Source: Alphaproteobacteria bacterium (GTDB lineage Bacteria; Pseudomonadota; Alphaproteobacteria; UBA9219). From it: 64,000 nucleotides of DNA. The stretch spans positions 21,718 through 85,717 of the forward strand of contig JAYRGC010000050.1 in the NCBI GenBank assembly GCA_041908065.1, read 5' to 3'. The position numbers and the translations under genes were made by a program. The notes beneath the pieces were generated by a model. It was given only the letters and a program-made list of their open reading frames with translations, was not told where the DNA came from and made no database searches. Position 1 is the first letter of the stretch, and each line of letters begins with the position of its first letter. Below, piece by piece: positions 49,026 through 58,035 of the stretch.

Positions 49026-50057
49026 CTATCCCACATCAAATGTGCCGATTTTCTTGGGTCTAAACCATCTTACGGGTCTGAAGCTTTTCTCCAGTTCATG
49101 GTCCACACCAAGAATCAAGGAGAACAGAGCCATCCTGATAAGCAAGCCATTGTCGGTTTGCTTGAAAATTACCAGTCTGGGATCCCCATTAAGGTCCGTG
49201 CTTAAATCATATGCATCGGACCTGCTGTCGCGTGGCAAAGGATGCATGATGACCACGTCATCTTTTGCGTACGCCTGCACGATGTTTTGCTTAATTTGGT
49301 GATTTGGCCTCAGGCTTGTGATTAGATTTTGCTCTTCAAGCCGTTCTTTTTGAAGCCTAGTTGCGTAAATAACATCTGCAACCTTAAGCCCCTCCTCAAG
49401 AGTCCCCGCCTCGGTAAAGGAGTGTCCAAATTTAGATGCATATTTGATGACTTCTTGTGGAAGGCCAAAATGTTCGGGATGAACAAGAACGTATTTTATG
49501 TCCTTGTATAGGCACATAAGATAAACAAGCGAGTGAACAGTGCGGCCATACTTCAGATCGCCGGTAAGAGCGATTGTCGAGCCATCAACAGGTTTTCCTC
49601 TTTTTTCGAGTTCCTCTTGAAGCGTGTAAACATCCAGCAGTGCCTGCGTCGGATGCTCTTCAGGCCCACTCCCTCCATTGATAACGGGAATGTTTGTGGC
49701 ACTGCAAAATTCCTTTATTGCAGCCGGATCTGGGTGACGGATCAGGATGATATCGTAAAATCCACTCGTTACCCGACTCGTGTCAAAATAAGATTCTCCC
49801 TTAACAATTGAGGTAATGCCTTCTCCTTGAGTGTGGGACACGGCTCCACCGAGACGCATGAAGGCCGCATCGAAACTCAACCGCGTTCTTGTGCTGGGTT
49901 CAAAGAACATGCTGCCCAGCACGGCTCCGCGCAAAATGTCTGTGCAGACATCTCCCGTCGCTATAGGCTTAACGAGTTTGGCAAGTCTGAACAATTCGTC
50001 CAAATCTTCTCTGTCGACGCTTTTTACCGAAAGAAAATGTTTGCCTAAGAATCCCAT
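49026..50057 (-). CDS. Aspartate/ornithine carbamoyltransferase-family protein (ATCase/OTCase fold) with C-terminal extension
   Basis: Carbamoyl-phosphate-binding STRTR (FFEPSTRTRLSF), HPTQ (HPTQALLD), HPLP (IMHPLPR) motifs. Confidence 0.65.
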   Translation of the reverse strand: MGFLGKHFLSVKSVDREDLDELFRLAKLVKPIATGDVCTDILRGAVLGSMFFEPSTRTRLSFDAAFMRLGGAVSHTQGEGITSIVKGESYFDTSRVTSGFYDIILIRHPDPAAIKEFCSATNIPVINGGSGPEEHPTQALLDVYTLQEELEKRGKPVDGSTIALTGDLKYGRTVHSLVYLMCLYKDIKYVLVHPEHFGLPQEVIKYASKFGHSFTEAGTLEEGLKVADVIYATRLQKERLEEQNLITSLRPNHQIKQNIVQAYAKDDVVIMHPLPRDSRSDAYDLSTDLNGDPRLVIFKQTDNGLLIRMALFSLILGVDHELEKSFRPVRWFRPKKIGTFDVG

Positions 50058-50070
50058 GGTCAGCTCCGTT

Positions 50071-51225
50071 TCAAGGCGTGAATTTCGAGCTAAAGGATAC
50101 CATGTGTTCCCTAAACATTAAAGCGCGCTCAGGGAGATCAAGTTTTGGCCTTTCCACAACCTTTATGGTTAACGGTGCGATCCTAATATGTAAAAAATTA
50201 GGGCCGTCAAAAGGATCAATTGAATGCAGCGCTTCTTTTACAGCTTCTTTGCCAGAGCAAGACCAAACAGAACGATAGCCGCAAGAGAGGGCAACGCCGG
50301 AGAAATCCACCGCATTCGCATTGCTGGGTTGTCCACCAGTTGACTCGAAGATGCCGTTATCGAGCACGACATGGGTAAGATTGCGGGGGGACATTTTCCC
50401 GATGGTTGCGCAGTTTCCCATTTTCATGAGCAATGCGCCGTCACCGTCTAACACGGTGACGGGGTGTGCGCAGTTCATCGCGACGCCCAATCCAATTGCC
50501 GAAGCGTGCCCCATTGAACCAGCCATATAAAAATTGTTGGCCTTATCATGGCATTTGTATGCTTCACGATACGCATAACCGGTCGTCGCAATGACTGCGT
50601 GATTGCTAAACTCCTCCATGATTTGGGCTATGGTAGAGGCTCTATCTCCAATAGGCCCAGCAGTTACGCGTTTCACCGTTGGTCTTTCTCCCGAGGAAAT
50701 TAGAGAGGGCATTGTGCTCTGCGTTTTCGCATTCTCGATAGTCTTGGGATTTATCAAAAACGCTCGGCTATTCCTGTCGGCGAGTTCCTGTTTTGCGCAT
50801 CTCATCTCAGCAAGAGCATCTAGCCATTCACATGGCAGAACGGTTGTTTTAACTCCAAGTAGCTCCAAGAGCGGGCCGGAAGTTCTTCCCATAATCTCGT
50901 GCTGGGCCTCATCCTTAAATCCAACTGCGCCGCGCATAGAGATAAATAATGACACGGGTATCTGGTAGGGTTGGCAAAGAGACGCTATAGGATTCACCAT
51001 GTTTCCAAGACCTGAATTTTGACAAATCACTCCTGCTTGTTTTCCGGCCAGCCAGTATCCGGCAGCAATTGCACAAGCTTCTCCTTCCGTGGTTGCCGGT
51101 ATGTACCGAAGTAAATCTGTCGTTTCCAGATCTTTAAAAACAGACGACAAATTGGAACATGGCACTCCAATCAGAGCAGCATGATTCTGAGCTACCACTT
51201 CGATGAAATCCTCCGATTTGATCAT
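50071..51225 (-). CDS. ppd: Phosphonopyruvate decarboxylase (TPP-dependent)
   Basis: ~384 aa, TPP-enzyme pyrimidine- and PP-binding halves, ATGA-overlapped with the PEP mutase gene as in ppm-ppd cassettes. Confidence 0.6.
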   Translation of the reverse strand: MIKSEDFIEVVAQNHAALIGVPCSNLSSVFKDLETTDLLRYIPATTEGEACAIAAGYWLAGKQAGVICQNSGLGNMVNPIASLCQPYQIPVSLFISMRGAVGFKDEAQHEIMGRTSGPLLELLGVKTTVLPCEWLDALAEMRCAKQELADRNSRAFLINPKTIENAKTQSTMPSLISSGERPTVKRVTAGPIGDRASTIAQIMEEFSNHAVIATTGYAYREAYKCHDKANNFYMAGSMGHASAIGLGVAMNCAHPVTVLDGDGALLMKMGNCATIGKMSPRNLTHVVLDNGIFESTGGQPSNANAVDFSGVALSCGYRSVWSCSGKEAVKEALHSIDPFDGPNFLHIRIAPLTIKVVERPKLDLPERALMFREHMVSFSSKFTP

Positions 51226-52106
51226 GGCATTAGTTCCTTTGGTTTTTGTTGTCTGTTGTATTTTCTTTCCTCTGATGGCAGTAAATCCATGCCAGTGAGG
51301 GACAGCACTTCCTTGACGGTTACCATGTTTGAAACACCGCGTGGATCTTGTTGTTCAAGTAACTCTCTTGACGCATTTTTTAAGGCCAAGATTTGCGCAC
51401 GCAGAAGCTGATTGGCCCATATGATACCTTTGACGCTTTTCAATCGCGGAATAACAGGAGCGATAGAGCTATAGTAAGTCGTGGGGACAATCACGATAGG
51501 ATTTGGTTTATCCCAGTCTTCTATAAAACGAACGATATCAGACGCTTCTTTAGATTTCGAGTGAATCAGAATTGCGTCGGCACCTGCTTCTGCATAAAGA
51601 TTGGCGCGTTCTTTAGCTACATCAAGGCCTTGTCCTACGATTAAAGCCTCAACCCTGGCGACAAGAAACATGTCGTTTCCGAGCGCATCTTTTATGGCCC
51701 GTATCTTTCCGCAGAAAGTTTCCTTGTCTTCGAGCTCTTGACCTGCGGACATGAGAGAGTTTCTCTTCGGAAAAACCTGATCCTCAATGGATATGCCTGA
51801 GGCCCCAGCTTTGAAAAGTTTCTTGGCAAAGAACCGAGCAATATTGAAATCGCCATGCCCATTATCTCCATCGACAAGGATAGCGGCTTGTGTTGCGGAG
51901 GCGATGTTCTCTGTCGCAGCGACGACCTCGGCCCAAGACAATTCTCCAAAATCACGACGTCCTTGAACGGTGCTTAATCCCAGGCTTGAGACCCAAATGG
52001 AATCAAAGCCAGCCTGTTCTGCGACTATAGCCGACAGCGCATCATGGCATCCAATAATGTATGTCGGGGCCGTATTCGACAACTGCGTTCTCAATAAATT
52101 TGTCAT
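51222..52106 (-). CDS. ppm: Phosphoenolpyruvate phosphomutase (ICL/PEPM superfamily)
   Basis: WVSSLGLS, ILVDGDNGHG (DxD), and IEDQVFPKRNS spacing E-x5-K-x-N-S as in PEPM active site rather than ICL KRCGH; AAGGAGG RBS. Confidence 0.7.
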   Translation of the reverse strand: MTNLLRTQLSNTAPTYIIGCHDALSAIVAEQAGFDSIWVSSLGLSTVQGRRDFGELSWAEVVAATENIASATQAAILVDGDNGHGDFNIARFFAKKLFKAGASGISIEDQVFPKRNSLMSAGQELEDKETFCGKIRAIKDALGNDMFLVARVEALIVGQGLDVAKERANLYAEAGADAILIHSKSKEASDIVRFIEDWDKPNPIVIVPTTYYSSIAPVIPRLKSVKGIIWANQLLRAQILALKNASRELLEQQDPRGVSNMVTVKEVLSLTGMDLLPSEERKYNRQQKPKELMP

Positions 52107-52146
52107 TTTATCCTCCTTAAAATTAACGATTCAGATTTTGTTACAC

Positions 52147-52920
52147 TTAACCGAACATGGGGTTTGAAAACGTGAGGCATCGTCCTGCGGACAACCTCCC
52201 ACAAAGCTCCCCCAATGATCCCCCTTTATTGGCAGCAGACAAAAACGATGGAAGGCCTGCTACGACAACATCCACAAATGGATATCCGGTTCTCTCTCTT
52301 TTGTTGTCTACGATAAGCGCTGTCCACATCCCACATTTTTTGGAATAAAAAAGGTTTTCAGGCGTATCATCGACCATGATTGTTCTGGCAGCAGAGGCCT
52401 TCATCTGAGACAGCACATATGTAAAGGGGGCGATGGAATCTGATTTCCTTTGGAACCCAATTTCTTCCAATGTGAAAATAGATTCGTCTGGAAAATAGTT
52501 TTTGATACCAAGCGTGTTGAGAACCCGTGTTGCCCAAGACCTGTTTCCGTGAGTAAGCATCGCGCACGGAATGTTGAGGGTAGAGAATAGAGCAGGAAGA
52601 TCGCCCCTGCTTAAAACATTCTCTTCCTGCAAGCGATTGTGATAAGAGCGATGTAGCTCAGTCAGCGAAATGCCGCATGCTGTGAATGCCTCGTAATACG
52701 TTTTATGCTTTTTACGCGAGGCAAGAGCCATTTGTCTTGCTTGTTTTTCAGTCAGCAACGGGACAAGATCCATAGCTACTTGTGTCGCCACGCTAAAACA
52801 ATGATTTTGAAAGACAGGCGTGTCTTCAAACATGACTCCATCGTTGTCGAAAACGATTAGGTCTATCTTCTTGCTTGTACAAGAAGAACTGTTCTTAGAA
52901 ATTTCGTTCGACTGCATCAT
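52147..52920 (-). CDS. HAD-superfamily hydrolase/phosphatase
   Basis: Motif I LIVFDNDGVM (DxDG), first gene of the operon after an AT-rich promoter region. Confidence 0.6.
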   Translation of the reverse strand: MMQSNEISKNSSSCTSKKIDLIVFDNDGVMFEDTPVFQNHCFSVATQVAMDLVPLLTEKQARQMALASRKKHKTYYEAFTACGISLTELHRSYHNRLQEENVLSRGDLPALFSTLNIPCAMLTHGNRSWATRVLNTLGIKNYFPDESIFTLEEIGFQRKSDSIAPFTYVLSQMKASAARTIMVDDTPENLFYSKKCGMWTALIVDNKRERTGYPFVDVVVAGLPSFLSAANKGGSLGELCGRLSAGRCLTFSNPMFG

Positions 52921-53154
52921 TTACCCTCCAGTAGCACCAAGGTTATCTCAAACAGACAGCTTATCCAACAAACAATCATAGTTAACAGTTTGATTTATAA
53001 TCAATTATCGCCCTTTTGGGTTTTGGATTTTTGCCGAAAACCACCATATTGAGTATCTAAACTCGTTTTTTTCCATCAAGTTGTTCCTTTTCGCCATTCT
53101 CCGTCTATTTTTTCGTACCTTCCCAATTTAGGAAGGTGACTCCGTTTTCTTCCA

Positions 53155-53667
53155 CTACAGCAATGACCGGCTGTTATATTTTTCCCGCCCCACCTTCGCC
53201 GTTTCATCGTGTTCGTTTCTGATCTCTTCTGAAACCAGAACGCGATGGGCTGCCTCAACCAGCGAACGGACAAGGTTGCTCTGTCCGCCGGACGTTCTGA
53301 AAAATGTTTCCTTGCTCATGAAGCGGCGGTTTTGACATTGCTCCGGCCATGTGGCTGCTTCGCCTGCCATGCGTCCAACAAAAACGATTGTTTGCGCGAT
53401 TTCGTTCTGCCGACCCTTGGTCTTGATGGCCGTGACGGGCTTCACGAGGCCGAGGGCGATGTTTGCGCTCTCGAAAACCTCGCGCCGCGCTGCGGCCTCG
53501 GCATCGTCGTCGTCCCATTCCACACATCCGCCAGGAAGGACAAAGCGGTTTTTGTTCTTGATCGCCAGCACGCAATTTTGATCGTCGAAAACAACGATTT
53601 TGACGTATTCGATTTCCTCTGCGTTCAGCGATTGCTCGGGAACAAAACAAGGATTTGTGTTAAGCAT
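53155..53667 (-). CDS. NUDIX hydrolase
   Basis: Nudix box GGCVEWDDDDAEAAARREVFESANI; GGGAGG RBS before ATG MLNTN. Confidence 0.7.
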   Translation of the reverse strand: MLNTNPCFVPEQSLNAEEIEYVKIVVFDDQNCVLAIKNKNRFVLPGGCVEWDDDDAEAAARREVFESANIALGLVKPVTAIKTKGRQNEIAQTIVFVGRMAGEAATWPEQCQNRRFMSKETFFRTSGGQSNLVRSLVEAAHRVLVSEEIRNEHDETAKVGREKYNSRSLL

Positions 53668-53932
53668 AACGCGCCTCCCGTTCATAATAGGAGCCGATGC
53701 CGTTCTCTCTGCACCGAAGCTCAATGACGGCCAGCGCATTGGCGAAGTGCCAAAGGGCAGCTACATCCTGATGGGCAAAGCCCAAGGCAAGAAGGTCTTG
53801 CTGCTCGCAGTTGCCGATCTCCAGTGTCATCTCAACGATTGTGTCAGCCATGCGAGCCACCGGTTCAAATCTCTTATCCGTTTCAGAGGTGATCTGATCG
53901 ACGATGCGGCGGTATTTGATTGCTTTAGCCAC
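53660..53932 (-). CDS. Hypothetical protein
   Basis: Overlap-coupled ORF within a minus-strand operon. Confidence 0.35.
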   Translation of the reverse strand: MAKAIKYRRIVDQITSETDKRFEPVARMADTIVEMTLEIGNCEQQDLLALGFAHQDVAALWHFANALAVIELRCRENGIGSYYEREARYA

Positions 53933-54332
53933 GGGGCGCCTCCCTGATTTCAGGGATGGAAGCCATTACGCGAACAACGCCTGTGTACGAAAGAGCCAAC
54001 GTATGACCGGTCGGGTCGCAACCGGCAGGGATCGTAATGGCCGTCTCATAACGGACAAACTGGATGCCTCGACGGGCAAAGGTCGTAACAAGCGTCTCCA
54101 TTGTCGATTTTTGCGGGATGTATACTCCGTGCTCGATGTTTTTGATCGTTTCCGCAGATATCTTTGCTTCTTTGGCAAGATCGCTACGTGACCAATCGAG
54201 CATGCTGCGCGCGGCACGCAGTTGCGAGGCCGTGAAAACGCAGGACATGATCGCGTACATGGGGCCGGACGGCGTACCGACGTCAGAATTGTTTTTGGCG
54301 TTCGTCGGATCAAAAGGCGGCTTGGAAATCAT
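53925..54332 (-). CDS. XRE-family HTH transcriptional regulator
   Basis: TASQLRAARSMLDWSRSDLAKEAKISAETIKNIEHG; GGGAGGA RBS, ATGA coupling to the upstream gene. Confidence 0.6.
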   Translation of the reverse strand: MISKPPFDPTNAKNNSDVGTPSGPMYAIMSCVFTASQLRAARSMLDWSRSDLAKEAKISAETIKNIEHGVYIPQKSTMETLVTTFARRGIQFVRYETAITIPAGCDPTGHTLALSYTGVVRVMASIPEIREAPRG

Positions 54333-54763
54333 TGGTATCCTCCCGCTTTTCTGTCCTCAATTTCCTCATCGAGATAACGCAGCACCAGATCGGCCAGTTT
54401 CTCTACTGAAGCTTCCGCATAGAACAGCCATTGTTTCCGACGCACCTTGCGCTGCTGGAGGCGGTCATAAAACTGGATGAGTGTTTCCCGATCTTCGGGC
54501 AAATGCGTCTGTTCACGCTTTTGCAAATCTTCGATGTGCATGTTGATCGCGGCGTCGATCTTCGTTGCCCACTTGTCTTCAGCAAGATCGATGGTCTGCT
54601 CAGGAAATGTTCGCTGAAGGTGAAAATCGCAAAACTCGTCCATGAGTCTGGCGAGGGCGATTATTTTATTAACGGACTCCTTCGATCTTCCGTTCTCGCC
54701 GTGCGTAATCATGCTCTGAAACGCCAGCATGAGGGCCATGCGCATTTGTTCGTCTTTAGTCAT
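54329..54763 (-). CDS. Hypothetical protein
   Basis: GGAGG RBS before ATG MTKDEQ. Confidence 0.4.
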   Translation of the reverse strand: MTKDEQMRMALMLAFQSMITHGENGRSKESVNKIIALARLMDEFCDFHLQRTFPEQTIDLAEDKWATKIDAAINMHIEDLQKREQTHLPEDRETLIQFYDRLQQRKVRRKQWLFYAEASVEKLADLVLRYLDEEIEDRKAGGYQ

Positions 54764-55052
54764 GACAGCCTCCGATAACCAAGGCCTGTGGCCAGAAGCG
54801 CGACAACAAACGCGCAAATCGCTCAATCGTATTCAATTCGCGTGTGGAAGGCTGAGGGAGCGGGGAATTGGCGAGATAAAGGAAAGTGATCCCATGCATC
54901 TTGACGGCCTGCGTAAACGCATCGCGCTCGGTATCAGATGCGAAATTGTCTTGAATGATCTCAAGGACAGTGGCCTCTGAACATTCTGGACGGGCCATCA
55001 GTGCCTGCGCCTTGGCGAGAGGCAATGCGATTGCTGTGTTGTCGTTCGTCAT
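54756..55052 (-). CDS. Hypothetical protein (start uncertain)
   Basis: ORF continuing the operon; weak RBS. Confidence 0.25.
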   Translation of the reverse strand: MTNDNTAIALPLAKAQALMARPECSEATVLEIIQDNFASDTERDAFTQAVKMHGITFLYLANSPLPQPSTRELNTIERFARLLSRFWPQALVIGGCHD

Positions 55053-55099
55053 AAAATGCTCACTGATGTCGTTGATCAATGAGGCGAGTATCAATATCT

Positions 55100-55215
55100 C
55101 CAACGCGTGATTCCACAGGAGAATTTGGACTTTTTGCCCATATTCAGGGGGGCAATTTGGACGAATTTCTAATTTGGACTTTTTGATCAAAATTTTGGAC
55201 TTTTTTCCTGATAAA
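55100..55215. promoter_or_regulatory. Four direct repeats of (A)ATTTGGAC(T)TTTT in an AT-rich intergenic region
   Basis: aatttggactttttg / caatttggacgaattt / taatttggactttttg / aaattttggactttttt. Confidence 0.5.
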
Positions 55216-55465
55216 AAATAGGCTGGCGGCGTGACCGCATGAAAGAATAGGCGATGATCGTTTGAAACGGCAATTTCAGAGAGAACACTCAACACGACAA
55301 AAAGCAATCGCCGTTTTTATCAGGCGATCCCTTTTTTCTTGGCACTTTTAATCAGATGAAAAGATGTGTGGGAGGATAGCGCGATATCCGATTGGTTCTT
55401 GGCAGCTCCATGCCTTGACAGGTACAGGCAAAACCGAGGTGCTTTAACTGCACAGAAAAGGCGGT

Positions 55466-56236
55466 TCAGTAGCAAGCCTGCCGTTCTGGTTCGTTGCAGC
55501 CATCCAGCTGTGGCATCCGATGGCTGAAATTCGGCGAAGCCCTTTTTGCGGTAGATGTCGTATATGGTTTGGCTTCAAGCCACCGTTTCTCGAAGTGTTC
55601 GAACGTCTTTTTCACCAGTTTAGGCGACTCGAATACCACGTAGACCGGTTGGCGAAAATTGAAGCGCATGTCTTGCTCTATGGCGAAAGTGACTTCATCG
55701 CCATAGGCAAAGTCGCAGGAGACACAGTTGACGGGCGGTTCGTGATACACCCTGACTTCGAAAGAAGGGCCTCTCGGAAGATATATGTTCTGATCCGCCA
55801 GCAGGCACTTTACAGAGACGACTTTGCTAAGGTTTTGCAGGCGGTCGAAATTCGTCAATCCATTCCGCCCCGTGACCTTCGTTAACATGCCTTGGCTTCC
55901 GATCCTGCACACAACACCTGAAGCTTTGTCCTTGAGCATCTTTTCGATGTTGTCGAAAAAGCGGTCGCAGCTGCCAAGCCCACGGAAATCCTTAACGCCA
56001 TCTGAGCGCGGTCTGACGCTGCCGTCCGGCAGGCATTCGACGCCATGAGCGTCAAAGACGCTTTGTATGTCCAGGATGATGGACTCGCGAACGGGCGCAT
56101 CGTCTTCGAATGTGCAAATGGTACCGCGCGCGACATTCGCTTCGTGTGCCAGCTTTTCACGAGACCACTTCAACAATGATCTCGCCATTCTGCTTTGTGC
56201 GCCTGTTATGAGATAAACTTCGGTCATGGTTGTCAT
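55466..56236 (-). CDS. XRE-like HTH domain protein with ~180-aa C-terminal domain (paralog of 57355-58035)
   Basis: N-terminal ITGAQSRMARSLLKWSREKLAHEANVARGTI; C-terminal region alignable to the 57355 protein. Confidence 0.55.
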   Translation of the reverse strand: MTTMTEVYLITGAQSRMARSLLKWSREKLAHEANVARGTICTFEDDAPVRESIILDIQSVFDAHGVECLPDGSVRPRSDGVKDFRGLGSCDRFFDNIEKMLKDKASGVVCRIGSQGMLTKVTGRNGLTNFDRLQNLSKVVSVKCLLADQNIYLPRGPSFEVRVYHEPPVNCVSCDFAYGDEVTFAIEQDMRFNFRQPVYVVFESPKLVKKTFEHFEKRWLEAKPYTTSTAKRASPNFSHRMPQLDGCNEPERQACY

Positions 56237-56241
56237 TCGCC

Positions 56242-56535
56242 TTAGTTAATTTGTTCTTGCGGGTTTAGGTCGACCAAATAGCGTATGGCGGCATCGTAAT
56301 GTCGACGTTGGATGTTGCAGACATCATTCACGCCGAAATGACTGGCAAGCATAGACAGAACCACTTCGTCGCTAACTTTGTGCGTGTGCGCGACATAGGC
56401 GACCACGGCGGCAATCGATATTAATTCCCGCTTCGCAAGCGAGGCTTCGATCTTAGCCTGTTCCGCGAAGTATTCTTCCGCTGGCTTGGCTTCTTCGATG
56501 GCCTTGCGAATAAGTTGCATGCGATCTGTCGACAT
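56242..56535 (-). CDS. Small conserved protein, member A of a second triplicated family
   Basis: ELISIAAVVAYVAHTHKVSDEVVLSMLASHFGVNDV...AIRYLVDL aligns with 56557-56889 and 59055-59345. Confidence 0.55.
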   Translation of the reverse strand: MSTDRMQLIRKAIEEAKPAEEYFAEQAKIEASLAKRELISIAAVVAYVAHTHKVSDEVVLSMLASHFGVNDVCNIQRRHYDAAIRYLVDLNPQEQIN

Positions 56536-56556
56536 GGAGAAATGGCTCCTTAAAAA

Positions 56557-56889
56557 TCAGTTCATAATGTTGCTTATCTTCAAATCGACCAGATACTCGA
56601 TGGCGTTCTGGTAAAGCCGCGCAGGCAGAGCCTTCACTTTGTCAATGCCGTAATGGGCGGTCAGAATCTCGCAGACGGTCGTTTCATCCACTTGCTGGTT
56701 ATAGGCTACATAGGCGATCATCCCCGCTAGAGCCTTAAGCTCGATATCGTTGACGAGGGCTTCGTGAGCCTTGCGCAGTGCGACAAGACCGGATGTCAAA
56801 AGGCGCAGGTCGCCGGAAGAAAGGTCTTTGCCTTCCGTGGCCTCGTTGAAGGCCTCTTCGGCGGGGTTCATGGGCTGGGGCTTGTTCAT
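56557..56889 (-). CDS. Small conserved protein, member B of the second triplicated family
   Basis: ELKALAGMIAYVAYNQQVDETTVCEILTAHYGIDKV...AIEYLVDL. Confidence 0.55.
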   Translation of the reverse strand: MNKPQPMNPAEEAFNEATEGKDLSSGDLRLLTSGLVALRKAHEALVNDIELKALAGMIAYVAYNQQVDETTVCEILTAHYGIDKVKALPARLYQNAIEYLVDLKISNIMN

Positions 56890-56901
56890 GTCGCTTGCTC
56901 C

Positions 56902-57144
56902 TTAAACCGTGGCCGTCGGGGCGGGCGAAGGGCAAACAACGGCTTGATAGTCGTTGGTGGCCTTAATAAAGTGCTCCCAGCGTTCTTCGAGCATCATGGG
57001 GCGGGGGTGCTTGACACTGTTATAGCGTTCCCAAGTGTCCACAATCTGCTGGATCAGGCTTTCGCTGTGTTTTTTGGTAATCGTGTCAAAATCGAGCATT
57101 AATCCCTCCCTTTGAAAAACCTTACAAAAAGCCTGTTTGGCCAC
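56902..57144 (-). CDS. Hypothetical protein
   Basis: 80-aa ORF upstream in the same operon. Confidence 0.35.
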   Translation of the reverse strand: MAKQAFCKVFQREGLMLDFDTITKKHSESLIQQIVDTWERYNSVKHPRPMMLEERWEHFIKATNDYQAVVCPSPAPTATV

Positions 57145-57354
57145 CTGATTTTGAAACCGTAACGGATTTTGGGCTTGAAAGCAATTAAAATCTACTGGGT
57201 AGGCAAAGAATATCTACATGAAAGCATTATTTTGGTTGAAATTGTTATGAAACATACTTAGAGTTGGTTTGAAACGCACTTTTAGCGAAAAAACTTTAAG
57301 CTTTTTATTAACCAAAAGTCGTGTATAGTATCAGAAAACATCTACGGAGTAGCA

Positions 57355-58035
57355 TTGCAAATGATTACAGCGAGACAAATTCGAGCGGCTAGAGGCCTTT
57401 TGGGATGGGACGCCGTGGTTCTTGCCCGAAAAACAGGGCTGACCAAGGAAACAATCTCGCGGATTGAGATAGAACAAGTGCGCCCGCAAGAGCGTACATT
57501 ACTCAAGATTCTGCGTGTTTTCAACGAGGCGGGTGTAGAGTTCACCCCCAATACAGGCGTGCAACTTAAGCCGCAAAATGTCGAGGTTCTCGAGGGAACA
57601 ACGGGGTTCCTTCGTTTTTATGATTTCGTTTATAACCACTTAAACCAGTACGGGGGCCTCGTTTGCGTGAGCGGCGTCAACGAAAAGTTGTTCGTCAAAT
57701 ATCAAGGTGACTTTGCAGACGTTCATATGAACAGAATGGCAGATCTAGTTAAACGCCGCGAAGATCTTATGATGCGAATTTTGGTAGAAGAAGGCGATTA
57801 TAATTTCGTAGCGTCCTCATACGCTCAATACAGGTGGCAAGCTAAAGCGTATTTTTCTCCTGCCCCCTTCTATGTTTTTGGAGATAACCTTGCTCTCATC
57901 TCTTTCGCGCATGAGCCGTCGCCATTAGTTATTTTTATCAAGTCAGCAAGTTTAGCAGACGCTTACCGGCACGCTTTCGAACTTGCTTGGGCGCAATCTA
58001 TTGAGCCGCCGTCGAGAGAGGAGAGCGCGAAATGA
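57355..58035 (+). CDS. XRE-like HTH regulator with C-terminal domain, translationally coupled to the EgtD-like methyltransferase
   Basis: ITARQIRAARGLLGWDAVVLARKTGLTKETISRIE; 4-nt overlap with the next gene. Confidence 0.6.
   Translation: MQMITARQIRAARGLLGWDAVVLARKTGLTKETISRIEIEQVRPQERTLLKILRVFNEAGVEFTPNTGVQLKPQNVEVLEGTTGFLRFYDFVYNHLNQYGGLVCVSGVNEKLFVKYQGDFADVHMNRMADLVKRREDLMMRILVEEGDYNFVASSYAQYRWQAKAYFSPAPFYVFGDNLALISFAHEPSPLVIFIKSASLADAYRHAFELAWAQSIEPPSREESAK

Noticed and set aside
46380-52106. Possibility that ALDH, ATCase-like, TPP enzyme and ICL-family genes are ordinary core metabolism (pyrB, ilvB-like, aceA/prpB)
   Set aside because: They form one compact AT-rich operon inside a prophage. 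The ICL-family member has PEPM-type active-site spacing and is start-overlapped with a TPP decarboxylase, the hallmark of ppm-ppd. Kept as a phosphonate cluster pending profile confirmation.
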